Below, one piece after another: positions 12,898-25,520 of a stretch of 64,000 nucleotides of DNA. Source of the DNA: Felis catus (taxonomy: Eukaryota); assembly GCF_018350175.1 (NCBI RefSeq), contig NC_058368.1, positions 40,364,001 through 40,428,000 on the forward strand, given 5' to 3'. Under the pieces are notes generated by a model, which saw only the letters and a program-made list of their open reading frames with translations, searched no databases and was not told where the DNA came from. Position 1 is the first letter of the stretch. Every line of letters begins with the position of its first letter. The position numbers and the translations under genes are program-made.

Positions 12898-12929
<32 letters not shown>
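12889..12929. repeat. (CA)n microsatellite
   Basis: Direct reading. Confidence 0.97.
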
Positions 12930-14647
12930 TCTGCACACAGTATACCTTTGTAGAGGTACTTGGCACATTTCAAAATATAACCTTTTGTTATTGCATTTAA
13001 GTGCCTGAAGCAGCACAGAATTTTCACAATAGTATTTCTGCCCCTCAATTATTTTTTTAATTCTAAAAGTTTTTGGAACAGATATTCCATAAGAGTCACA
13101 TTAAAAAAAAAACAAAACTTAATTCTCTCAATACTTGAATAGCTTGCTAAGACATCTAGTCTCTGCATTGTCCCACTTTTGTGTGCACTTCAGCGAATGA
13201 AGAAGCTGTACTTATTTGGGAAACACATTCAGTGAATCAGTAGGGTGTACCATATAGGCACATCTTACTAATTTGAAATTTAAATTAAAAAGTAAACTCT
13301 CTTTATGGTATAAAAAGAAGGAGAAATGGTAGATGGAACCAGACACAGATATTGAATCTAAAGAAATTCAAGGTCCCAAAGCTAGTTAAAGTCTGTTGGT
13401 AACTCCATCCTGTCCCCCCTCACAGTTTCATCCCTTAAGTTCTCTCTTCAGCCCTCAATATTTCTTTCAGTAACCCTGTAATCAGTTAAATGGGCAGTCA
13501 TGCTAAACATACACGGTTATCATGGACTGATTTGCTTCTATCCTTGCTTTACAGTATTTTCCCCCGGCAATGGCTCAAATCCATATCTGAGAATATTCAT
13601 ATCACTTTGAAAATCACACAATTCTGAGAATTCAAGTATCTGAGCATTTACTATGCTGTGATTAACATTAGTTAAGTATTATCATGACATGTAAGTCTTC
13701 CTCTAGGACCCAGGAATCAAAGGTCCTGTTTGTTCTACTTGATGTCAACTCGCGTGACAAGAAATACTAGAAATTATATTAGCATGTGTCATGGTTTAGT
13801 CAGCGACTCATATAAGTAAATCTTTTTTTATTTTGAAATTATTTTGTGGATAAATAAGTAATATTTGGGCAAATATTTGGACAATTTCTGTAGTTGTACC
13901 TACTACTAAGTGAAATATCACTTCTTTTTGTGGAATAAGAATCTTATACTCACTAACTGAAGTATATGAAGCCTGGCAATGAGAACCATGTTTATCTTGA
14001 TTTTATATATAGTTTTAGTTATAAATTCAGAGATTCAATTTATTATCTCATATATTTGAGAGCATAGTCACTTTAGTCTCTCAAACAGTATATAGAATAT
14101 ACCTCTCTCCATTATAAGCAGAATTTTTTGGACAAGAGTGTATTGGGGCATTAGGAGAACACCTTTAAAGTACTAGCAAGGGGTATAGTCAGAAGGTGGG
14201 TTCAGGTTTCCAGATTTTGAGTAGCAAACACAAGCAGCAGGATCTAGGGCAGGATGTGCCATGGGGCACAGAAGAAAGCAAACTGAAAGTATTTTTAACA
14301 CAGGAAACCAGATCCAAAAAGAAAATCAAAAGTATGAACACAGAACAGTGGATCCAGTGACTGTGCAGAAACCAGGGTCAGGGGAAACACCTAAAGCCCC
14401 AGATTTCAGGCACATGTAGGCTAGAGATAAAAATTCATGGAAGAGAAAAAAGTACATGGGTGTCTGAAATTTGTTTTATGCTGATTGGTTGGTGTTTCCT
14501 CCTTTAGTAATTCTGGCTTATATGTTCATTACTAGAAGTTGAGTCTGTCTTTCTCTTTGAAATGTTCTGATCTGTAATATTGTAGTAAAGAACAGTTTTT
14601 CTGTAATCTTAATGCAAAATGGTTTATAAGAGTAATCTAACTTGTTT

Positions 14648-14950
14648 AAAAATACCATATGATTTCTCTTGTATGTGGAATTTAAGAAAGAAAACAAATG
14701 AGCAAAGGGAAAAAGAGAGAGAGAGAGAGAGAGAGATGCAAACCAAGGAACAGACTCTTAACTACAGAGAACAAGCTGACGGTTACCAGAAGGGAGGTGG
14801 GTGGGGAGATGGATGAAATAGGTGGTGAAGATTAAGGAGTGTACTTGTGATGAGCACTGGATGTTGTATGGAAGTGTTGAATCACTGTGTTGTACACCTG
14901 AAACTAACATTACACTGTATGTTAACTAATTGGAATTTAAACTTAAAAAA
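14648..14950 (+). mobile_element. Carnivore L1 3' end (5'-truncated)
   Basis: ORF2 end ATACCATATGATTTC..., 3'UTR CAGACTCTTAACTA...GTTAACTAATTGGAATTTAAA. Confidence 0.92.
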
Positions 14951-15319
14951 TCATTGCCATAAACAGTGTATTATTTTATCAGCCTTTAGTTGGAATGTGC
15001 TTGTATATGTTATGTATGTTTTATAAGAACCTCTATTCAATTAAATTCATAGATGCATGCCTTTACTAACATGTATTTTGCAAGCATGAATCATTAGACC
15101 TATTCAGATGTGATTGTATTTTTCTTTGATGGTAAAAGTTTTGTTTCCTAAGCTGGGGAAATAGACATTAATGGCATAGGCAACTAACATTTCAGTTCAT
15201 ATTCTGAATGAGTTATATTCAAGATCATAACGAAGAAATACCTTATAAATGATTGTAATTTAAGAAAGGTTCATAATTCACTTTTTGAAAGTCTGTCATT
15301 CTTTTTTTTTTCTTTGTAG

Positions 15320-15409
15320 AAACCTGTACTTTTTTCTCAAGGTCATACAGCTCTGTATCAGATAGCAGCAGAGCTTCAGCAATAACATCAGATGCCATCG
15401 TAGATTAAT
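15320..15409 (+). other. Candidate 90-bp non-coding exon
   Basis: Long polypyrimidine tract + TTTGTAG acceptor, AAT|GTAAGT donor; stops in all three frames; no transcript evidence. Confidence 0.35.
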
Positions 15410-15879
15410 GTAAGTGAATATTTTTTTTTTTTTTGCAATTTTTATAGTTTCTCTCCTTTGCACCCATTTTGACAGGGAACAATGTTGGGTTCAATGCCGG
15501 ATGCCCTAGAGGTGCCCTAGAGTTATTTTAACGAATTCAATTTGCTTTGCTTTTCATGTAAGAACAGCTTTTCTTCTTAGATATTTTTGAGGTATAGGAG
15601 AAACTATTCTTACATAAAATGTTTTAAAAAGTTTACTCTTTATATAAACTTTCATTATAGAATCATAGAATTTTAAAACTAGAGACCATAGAGATCATCA
15701 ATTCCAGGTTTTTCAGCTTTATAATGTTAAAAAAGTCTATTTACCACTCATTTCTGTTCTTGCTTTTCTTTATTAATGTAGTGATTCTGCCAACTTTTCT
15801 CACTTCTATTCCTTCTTTATGTCAGTAGTGGAGAGTTTAACTAGTTTGCTTGCTTGTAATATATTTTGAATTACAAAAC

Positions 15880-16030
15880 ACTGTAGTAGTCCAACTTTTT
15901 ATAGTACAAATAAAGAAATGCCCAGGTACAGAAAGGTTAGTTAACTGCCCAAGAGCACACACATATCTGGTAGCTGAGGTAGACTGAGAATTTCCTAAGG
16001 GTTCACAAGTGTAGGGCCCTTTCCACCACT
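15880..16030 (-). mobile_element. MIR fragment
   Basis: CAGAAAGGTTAGTTAACTGCCCAAGAGCACAC, reverse MIR core. Confidence 0.55.
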
Positions 16031-16317
16031 GAACCCTTACTCTATTTTCTTCCTGTTATTCTTTCCCCACAACCTTTTCAATTTGTTGATTAAAAATTCT
16101 GGTTCACCCCTGTCCATTTTTCTTCTTTGTGCTTGCTATTTGATTTTTATTTTATCTTTATTTGCTTTTTTAAAAAAAATTCGATTAATTTTCGATATTT
16201 ATATTCTCAATGCCAGAGTCCATATAAAAGCTAAATCAGATTATGATTCACATATCATTTAATGCCCCAATTCCAGTTTTTATCCCCAGTGTCCTAGGTG
16301 ATTTGAACACTGTCTCC

Positions 16318-16585
16318 CAAGCAGTTGTGTGCAATGGGAAAGAGTTAAAGCTCTAGTTTCACAGCAGACTCCCTGGGTAGAACTCTGATGTCTTTATTTA
16401 CCATATAATCTTGGTTTAATAAGCTGCTCTGTTGCACAATTACCTCATCTGTAAAATGTGCATAATAATTTTACCTGTCTCATAGTTCACAGTATTAAAT
16501 GGATCAATGTGTAAAGTGCTTAGAACAGGGCCTGATAAATAGGGAGCACTTAGTAAGTGGTACCTGTTTTGATAACTTCCTCTTG
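16318..16585 (+). mobile_element. MIR (near full length)
   Basis: CCTCATCTGTAAAATG core and AAAGTGCTTAGAACAGGGCCTG 3' part. Confidence 0.88.
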
Positions 16586-16640
16586 GTATTATCATCTCGC
16601 CACACTCCTTCTTTCTATTATTTGAGCACTCTTTCCTAAG

Positions 16641-16834
16641 CTTTCTTTTTTCTTTTTTTTCTTTTTTTAAGAGAGAGCACGCAAGTGTGCCAGCTTGGAA
16701 GGAGCAGAGGGAAAGGGAAAGAGAGAACCCCCTAGTGTAGATCCAACCCAGGGCTTGATCTTGCGACTGTGAGATCATGACCTGAGCTGAAATCAAGATC
16801 AGAGGCTTAACTGATTGAGCCACCCAGGTGGCCC
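16641..16834 (-). mobile_element. Can-SINE
   Basis: Head/tail pattern; TSD TCTTTCCTAAG at 16630-16640 and 16836-16846. Confidence 0.92.
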
Positions 16835-17157
16835 TTCTTTCCTAAGGTTTTAACTCTCAAGATTTCACTCTTCATTTAACTTTCTTAATCAAGTGCTTCA
16901 TGGGTTTTCCATCTTCTTGACTTAAGAGTTTCAATTTACAGATTTTCAGGTCTTATCTGATTCCCAAATATCACATCCATTTATTTTTTTTGTCACATTA
17001 AAACCTTTTCATTTTCTTCATATCAAATTTTGGAACTGATGTTTTTTGTTTGTTTATTTATTTATATAAGTACCTTTATGTTGTACATTCATGAGAATGA
17101 TGAAATGGTCTACAGTAATTCCAACTCATTAGAGTAGCTTAAAAGTAGATACTCATT

Positions 17158-18072
17158 ATCCAAAACGTATAAAGAATTTATAAAACCTAACACTCAGAAA
17201 ACAAATAGTCCAATTAAAAATGGGCAGAAGAAAGAATAGACATTTTTCCAAAGAAGACATACAGATAGCTAACAGACACATGAAAAGATGCTCAACATCA
17301 CTCATCATCGGGGAAATACAAACCAAAACGACAATGAGGTATCACCTCACACCTGTCAGAATAGCTAAACTTAACAACATAGGAAACAACAGGCATTGGT
17401 CAGGGTGCAGAGAAAGGGGAACTCTCTTGCATTATTGGTGGGAATGCAAATTGGTGCAGTCACTCTAGAAAACAGTATGAAGATTCCTTAAAAAGTTAAA
17501 AATAGAAATACCTTATGATCCAGCGATTTCACGACTAGTTATTTGGCCAAAGAATACAAAAATACTAATTTGAAGGGATTTGTGCACCCTGATATTTATA
17601 GCAGCATTATCAACAATAGGCAAATTATGGAAAGAGCAAAATGTCCATTGACTGATGAATGGATAAAGAAGATGTGGTATACAGATATAATGGAATATTA
17701 CTCAGTCATCAAAAAGAATAAGTTTTCGTGTTTCCAGTGACGTGGATGGAGCTAAAGAGTGTTATACTTAGTTAAATAAGTCAGAGACAAATAACATGGT
17801 CTTATTCATATGTGGAATTTAAGAAACAAAACAAATGAGCATAGAGAAATAAAGAGAGAGATAAAACCAAAAAAACAGACTCTTAACTGTAGAGATCAAA
17901 CTGATGGTTACCAGAGGGGAGGTGCATGGGGAGGATGGGTGAAATAGGTCACGGGGGTTAAGGAGTGCACTCATTGTGATGAGCACCAGCTGATGTATGG
18001 AAGTGTTGAATCACTGTATATTAACTAATATTACACTGTATGTTAACTAACTAGAATTTAAATAAAAATTTA
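17158..18072 (+). mobile_element. Carnivore L1 3' ~0.9 kb (5'-truncated)
   Basis: ORF2 C-terminus ([17 protein letters not shown]), 3'UTR; diverged TSD at 17141-17160 vs 18073-18092 (17/20). Confidence 0.95.
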
Positions 18073-19250
18073 AAGAGTAGCTACTCATCATCAGAGTTTG
18101 AACAGGCATAGAGTGGTAGACCTACAAAACTGCTGTCAAATGAATGAGTTTATTGTTATTTTTCTTGTAAATATTTTACCTTAAAAGCCATCAATTTATC
18201 AGATATTACTCTGTCGATCTCTGAAAAATACAAATAGAAAGGTGAATAAATTTAGATAATTTAAGAATAAAGGATAATTAATTGAAGAATTGAGACAGAT
18301 AATAGAATTCCTTTCAGAAGAAGAATTTTTTCTCTCTTGCAATTTGGTGTGACTTCAACAGTTCTTCATATTGGTGTCTGGTACCGAGCCTTGTTTGGCT
18401 TGCAGTGAAGAAAAGAAGTACAGCGAGATAAACTGCTTTTGGACTTTGCAGTTGGATGTGTGTTTTTTCCTGAAGATGCTAGAATAATGTCCCCAGTGAA
18501 GATTTCACAGTATGTGTATAGACACACTAATAATGATTAATATTATGACCTAAAAACATACACAGTGAGTTGTCCATTTTATGAGTTCAGTAACATGTTG
18601 ATGGAATAAAGGAATGAATAAGATGGACTAAAAAGCAAAACAGATCCATTTCGCCTAGATATTCTTATATTTTAAAGAAGCAGAATACTTTTTTCCATAA
18701 TAATCTATTGTATAAATTTAGAGGTATATTTTCTTCTAACTTTCTAAGTTATGATTATGTAAACTCTAATTTTAGAGTGCTGCATATTTCTCAATATGAA
18801 CTATGCATTTTTACAAATAAGGGGTTCATTTGTGTGTTGAAATATTAGGTATAAAAGTAAAGTGACAATGTAGAGTGGCAACTATATGCTTAATCTGTTA
18901 TATAAGAAGTTGGAATGTTTTTAAATAACACAAAAATCATGAAGCCTTGGTGTTTTCCTCTTTGATATATTAGGTCCTTTGCTTATTTGCTTTATTCACA
19001 TATACAAAACATAATCACATATTATTTCATATGATAAAATGGTCAAATTATCTTTATTACTCAATTCTGTAGGTTAGTTATTTTCAAATTTCTTTGCTTT
19101 ACTGATTTCAGTTTTCCTTTAGTAGTTTGTTAAATATATCTTATAATTTTTTATTATAAAATATATTTTGTCTCATTTGTATAATTTTTATATGAATAAT
19201 TTAATCTCTCAATGTGAGCAATAATTAAACTGTAAAAAATTATTAGACAT

Positions 19251-19290
19251 CTTTTTTATTTATTTTTTAAATTTTTTTTGAGAGAGAGAC

Positions 19291-19352
<62 letters not shown>

Positions 19353-19513
19353 ATGAGTGGGGGAGGGGCAGAGAGAAAGGGAGACACAGAATCCAAAGGA
19401 GGCTCCAGGCTCTGAGCTGTCAGCACAGAGCCTGAAGTGGGGGCTCCAACCCACAAACTATGAGATTATGACCTGAGCTGAAGTCAGAGGCTTAACTGAG
19501 CCACTTAGGCACC
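19251..19513 (-). mobile_element. Can-SINE (SINEC_Fc) with expanded (GA)n
   Basis: Typical body CAGGCTCTGAGCTGTCAGCACAGAGCC. Confidence 0.95.
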
Positions 19514-19550
19514 ATGAGTGACATGTTTTTTTTTTTTAAGTATGGGTTGA

Positions 19551-19816
19551 CAGATACCATATGTTTTCACTCTTATGTGGATCCTGAGAAACTTAACAGA
19601 AGACCATGGGGGAAGGGAAGGAAAAAAAAAAAAAAGTTAGAGAGGGAGGGAGCCAAACCATAAGAGACTCTTAAAAACTGAGAATAAACTGAGGGTTGAT
19701 GGGCGGTGGGAGGGAGGGGAAAGTAGGTGATGGGCATTGAGGAGGGCACCTGTTAGGATGAGCACTGGGTGTTGTATGGAAACCAATTTGACAATAAATT
19801 TCATATTAAAAAAATA
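19551..19816 (+). mobile_element. Young felid L1 3' end (5'-truncated)
   Basis: 3'UTR ending GGAAACCAATTTGACAATAAATTTCATATT + A-tail; perfect 13-bp TSD AAGTATGGGTTGA (19538-19550, 19817-19829) at TTTT/AA site. Confidence 0.95.
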
Positions 19817-19854
19817 AAGTATGGGTTGATACTTTAAGATTATAGAATGTACAA

Positions 19855-20066
19855 GGATGCCTGGTGGCTCAGTCAGTTAAGCATCTGACTTCAGGTCAGG
19901 TCATGATCTCTTGGTTTGCCAGTTCAAGCCCCGCTTTGGGCTCTGTGCTGATGGTTCAGAACCTGGAGCCTGATTCAGATTCTCTGTCTCCCTCTCTCTC
20001 TGTCCTTGCCCCACTTGCACTCTGTCTCTCTCTCTCTCTAAATAAATATTTAAAAAATTTAAAAAA
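19855..20066 (+). mobile_element. Can-SINE (SINEC_Fc)
   Basis: GGTGGCTCAGTCAGTTAAGCATCTGACTTCAG head; diverged TSD ATTAT(A/G)GAATGT. Confidence 0.95.
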
Positions 20067-20129
20067 ATTATGGAATGTGTAGACATTGATGAAATAATCA
20101 CAATTATAGGCATAGTTAAAAAAATTCTA

Positions 20130-20242
20130 ATTATATCTTCAATGTTTTGAGTATTCAGAATAATTAGATAGTTATCGATCTGTGTTTGAGTGATGAGACC
20201 ACCCTAGGGTCCTCCTACCATGCCACCATCTTAGCTCCCCCA
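20130..20242 (-). mobile_element. Orphan carnivore L1 5' terminus
   Basis: Reverse complement GGGAGCTAAGATGGTGGCATGGTAGGAGGACCCTAG resembles the L1 5' end at 38685-38715. Confidence 0.7.
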
Positions 20243-20734
20243 CCCTCAGGCTCATATTTTAGAGTTCAAAATTCAGCCTTGGAATTTTTGCTATGTGAGC
20301 ATTTTGCATATAGGCCTTGATTGGTTTGTCAAATGGGAAAAATATTTGCCGTGTTTTATAGTACCTTCCAGTATAAAATGCAGATGATGTGGATAATATT
20401 ATCAAGTTGTGATATTGGGAAAACCAAATACCACCGATGTATAATCCCTATTGCAAGGATTTCACATGGTAGTTAATAAGACTCTATTTTATTACTTTTA
20501 TTATTTCCATCATTGAATTTAAGTTTATTTAAACATTTCTGATAAATGATGATGCAGACAATTTTGAAGAAATGATGGTGATTGCAACTTTATTGATAAT
20601 TACTACATTCATATTTTTATTGCATCTTTATATGTTTACTACCTTTATATGTGTTTGGGTCTATTATTCTCAAATACCATGTAAGCTGTCTGAGGGGGGC
20701 CAATAGATCCTTCTAATTTGTATCTCCCATAAAA

Positions 20735-21186
20735 CATAAAACTGACAAGTTAGCCTGACAGTTACATGGATGCTGGCAGAAGACAGAAGACACAAGACGC
20801 CTGGGTCAGATACAAAATAACAGTACTCAGGTTTTCTCAGCTCAGGCTCTCACAGGATGACATTAAGCAGGCCAGGTAGCATCTGTACATGCAGTAGGAT
20901 ACATTCCAGGGCAGGAACTCTGGACTTAGGGAATCCAATGCTTTATAACAGATAGGAAGCATGCCTGTTTTTGCACAGGAGGGAAACATTCATTCTATTT
21001 TCCAAGCCTGAAAAAGTCACTCTTTGCTGGGGGGGGGGGGGGGTGGAAAACTATGTCGGTATTCCAAGACAGTTTCCTGTACAAACATTCTTGAAAAGAT
21101 AGTCTTTAAAAAGAAAAGGCAGTCATTTACTCTGCTCTCAAGATGTACAAAAACACAAAAGACCTATGGATAATTGTCTCCCAGCA
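20735..21186 (-). mobile_element. Solo ERVL LTR, LTR40-like
   Basis: Reverse complement begins TGCTGGGAGACAATTATCCATAGGTC...GACTATCTTTTCAAG, matching the recalled LTR40 start. Confidence 0.7.
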
Positions 21187-21664
21187 ACTCCTTTCTACAC
21201 TGACAATATCTTTTGATTCTAAGATCAAAAGGACAGCACGATATTAGGTTTAAATTGAAGTATTCCATCCCTAAATGTTTTCTCTATTTCTATAAATGTT
21301 AGATAGAACAGTCTTCTATTATTACTTTTGAAAAAATTAGTCTATTTTATTGCTTCAAGGGATAGGGATGCATTTAGCAGTTGTTTTCTGCCATTTAAGT
21401 TTTCTTTTGTTTTATTTTCTGTTACACCCCAGGCCAGCATATGTAACAATGCTTTTATTTATTTATTTATTCATTCTTCATAGAACTAGGAAAAAGATTG
21501 TGATTTTCAGCTGAACATGACCATGGCCTGTAGCATGGTTGTTACATGGACTAGATACTAGATAGGCAAAAGTGGAATTTGCACAGAAATGTAACATTAT
21601 AAAGAGACAAAGCAAGAAGGAAACATGCAACCCAAGTATAAATAACTGTTCAAAGTGAGATATT

Positions 21665-24600
21665 ACCCCACTTACAGAAATGTACACATCATCTAAGCAG
21701 AAAATCAACAAGGAAGCAATGGCTTTGAATGACACACTGGACAAGAGGCACTTAACAGATATATTCAGATATATTCATTTCATCCTAAAGCAGCAGAATA
21801 CACATTCTTTTGAAGTGCACATGAAACATTCTCCAGAACAGATTGCATACTTGGTCACAAATCAGGCCTCAACAAATACAAAATGACTGAGACCATCCCA
21901 TGCATATTTTCAGACCACAACGCTATGAAACTTAAAGTAAACCACAAGAAAAAATTTGGAAAGACTATGAATACTTGGAGATTAAAAAACATCCTACTAA
22001 AGAGTCAGTGGGATAACCAGAAAATGAAAGAATAAATTTAAAAAATGCATAGAAGCCAATGAAAATGAAAACATGACAGTCCAAAACCTTTGGGATGCAG
22101 CAACAGCTATTTTAACAGGGAGGTATATAGCAATACAGATATACCTCAAGAAGTAAGAAAAGTCTCAAGTACACGAACTAATCTTACACCTAAAAGAGCT
22201 AAAAAAGTAACAGCAAATAAAGCCTAAAGCCAGCAGAATAAGGAAAATAATGGAGACTAGAATGGAAATTAATGATATGGAAACAAACAAAATCAGTAGA
22301 ACAAGATCAATGAAACTACGAGCTCATTCTTTGAAAGGATTAATAAAGTTGATAACCCCCTAGCCAGACTTATGAAAAATAAGAGAAGGACTCAAATAAA
22401 ACCACGAATGAAAGAGATCACAACCAACACCACAGAAATACAGTTAGAATATTGTGGCAAATTATATGCCAATAAATCAGGCAATCTGAAAGACAGGGAT
22501 AAATTCCTAAAAAACATATACACTATCAAAACTGAAACAGGAAGAGATAGAAACTTTGAAGACTGTTAATCACAAAAGAAGTTGAATCAGTAATCAAAAA
22601 CCTCCCAGCAAACAAAAGTCCAGGGCCAGATGGCTTCCTAGGAGATTTCTATCAGACATTTCAAGGAGAGTTAATACCCATTCTTCTCCAACTTTCCCAA
22701 AAAATAGAAATAGAAGGAAAACTTCTAGAATCCTTCCATGAGGCCAGCATTACCTTGATTTCAAAATCAGAAAAGACCCCACTAAAAGGGAGAATTACAG
22801 GCCAATATCCCTGATGAACTGGGCACAAAAATTCTCAAGAAGATACTAGCAAATAGAATCTAAAAGTACATTAAAATAATTATTCACCACAGTCAAGTGG
22901 GATTTATCCTGGCTTGTAAGGGTGGTTCAGTATTTGCAAATCAATCAGTGTGATACATCATCACACTGTAAGGATACATGTAAGAAACATGTGATCCTCA
23001 CAATAGATGTAGTAAAATCATTTGACGAAATACAACATCTATTCTTGATTAAAAACCCTTAATAGAGCAGAGAGAGAGGGAACACACCTCATCAACATAA
23101 AAGCTGTATATGAAAATTCCACAGCTGATATCATCCTCAGTGGGGGAAAACAGATCTTTTCCTCTATGGCCAGGAACAAGACAAGGATTTACACTCTCAC
23201 CATTGTTATTTAACATAGTACTGGAAATCCTAGCCTCAGCAAACATAAAAGGTATCCAAATCAACAAGGAAGAAGTCAAACTTTCACTCTTTGAAGATGA
23301 CATGATCCTCTATGTAGAAAACTCAAAAGACTCCATCAAAAAATTTCTAGAAATGGTACACGAATTTAGCAAAGTCACAGGATATAAAATCAGTGCACAG
23401 AAATATGTTCTAATTCTCTATACAAATAATGAAGCAGCAGAAAGAGAATTCAAGGAATCAATCTCATTTACAATTGCACCAAAACCGTAAGATACCTAGG
23501 AATAAGCCTAACCAAAGAGGTAAAAGATCTGTACTCTGAAAACTATAAAACAATTATGAAATATATTTGAAGAGGGCACTAAAAAAAAAAATGGAAGAAC
23601 CTTCCATGCTCATGGGTTGGAAGAACAAGTGTTGTTAAAGTGTGTATGCTACCCAAAGCAATGTATACATTTAATGCAATCTCTATCAAAATACCACCAG
23701 CATTTTTCACAGAAGTAGAAAAAACAATCCTAAAATTTGTATGGAAACAGACTCAAATAGCCAAAGCAGTCTTAGAAAGTAAAAGAAAAGCTGGAGGTAT
23801 CATATTTCTGGACTCTGAGCTATATTACGAAGCTGTAGTGATCAAGAAAGTATGATACTGGCACAAAAACAGACACATGGGTCAGTGGAGCAAAATAGAA
23901 AACCCAGAAATAGATGCACAACTGAAAGGCCAACTTGTCTTCAACAAAGCAGGAAAGAATATCCAATGGAAAAAGACAGTCTCTTCAATACTGGTGTTGG
24001 GAAAACTAGACCGCAACGTGCAAAAGAATGAAACTGGACCACTTTCTTAACACTGTACACAAAAATAAATTCAAAATGGATGAAATAACTAAATGTGAAA
24101 AAGGAAGGTATCCTAGAGAATACAGGCAGCAACCTCTTTGGCCTTGTCAGTAGAAACTTCTTACTAGACACGTCTCCGGAAGCAAAGGAAACAAAAGCAA
24201 AAATGAACTATTGGGACTTCATCAAAATAAAATGCTTTTGTACAGCAAAGGAAATGAACAACAAAAATAAAAGTCAACCTATGGAATGGGAGAAGATACT
24301 AGGAAATGACATACCAGATAGAGGGCTAGTATCAAAAATCTATAAAGAACTTATCCAACTTAGGGAAGCCTGGGTGACTCGGTTGGCTAAGCGTCCTACT
24401 TTGGCTCAGGTCATGGTCTAGGAGTTCATGAGTTTGAGCCCCCCATTGGGCTCTGTGCTGACAGCACAGAGCCTGGAGCCTGCTTTCAGATCCTGCCCCT
24501 CCCCTGTCTCTGTCTCTCTCTCAAGAATAAATAAACATTAAAAAAATAAAAAAAGAACTTACCCAACATAACACCCCAAAACAAATAATCCAGTTAAGAA

Positions 24601-25520
24601 ATGGCCAGAAGATATGAATAGACATTTTTCCAGGGAAGACATCCAGATAGCCAACAGACACATGAAAAGATGCTCAACATCATTCATAATCTGGGAAAAT
24701 CAAATCAAAACCACAGTGAGATACCACCTCACATTTGTCACAATGGCTAAAATTAACAACACAAAATTAACAGATGTTGGTGAGAATGGGGGGAAGGAGG
24801 AACTCTATTACATTGTTGGTGAGAATGAAAACAGGTGCAGCCACTCTGGAAAACAACACAGAGATTTCTCAAAAAGTTAAAAATAGAACTACTCTATGAC
24901 CCAGAAATTACACAACTAATTATTTACACAAAGGATACAAAAATACTGATTCAAAAGCACATGCACCCTGATGTTTATAGTAACGCTATCAACAATAGCC
25001 GCATTATTGAAAACGCCCAAACATTCATTGACTGATGAATGGATAAATAAGAGGTTGTATATATGCATGTGATACACACACACATATACATATATATGTA
25101 TATACATACACACATATACACAATGAAATATTACTCAACCATCAAAAAGAATGAAACCTTGCCATTTGCAATGACTTGGAGGGAGCTACGGTGTATTATG
25201 CTAAGTAAAATAAGTCAGAGAAAAATAAATATCATAGTATTTCACACATATGTAAAGTTTAAGAAACAAAGCAGATGAGCATAGGGAAAGGGAAAAAAAG
25301 AGGGAGGCAAACAATAAGAGACTCTTAACTATAAAGAATACACTGAACGTTATTGGAGGAGAGGTAGGAGGGGATGGATGAACTGGATGATGGGTTATTA
25401 AGGAGGGCACTTGTGGTAAGCACTGGGTGTTCTATGTAAGTGATGAATCACTTAGTTCTACTCCTTAAACAAATATTACACTATACTTTAACAAACTAGA
25501 ATTTAAATAAAAAATTTAAA
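21665..25520 (+). mobile_element. Carnivore L1, 5'-truncated in ORF2 EN domain
   Basis: Disrupted ORF2 ([25 protein letters not shown]), 3'UTR, AAACTAGAATTTAAATAAAAA tail. Confidence 0.96.
24362..24551 (+). mobile_element. Can-SINE nested in L1
   Basis: TSD AAAGAACTTA(T/C)CCAAC at 24344-24359 and 24552-24567. Confidence 0.95.

Noticed and set aside
19256..20113. MAQSVK.../SLSLSL ORFs here and at other SINEs
   Set aside because: Can-SINE translations
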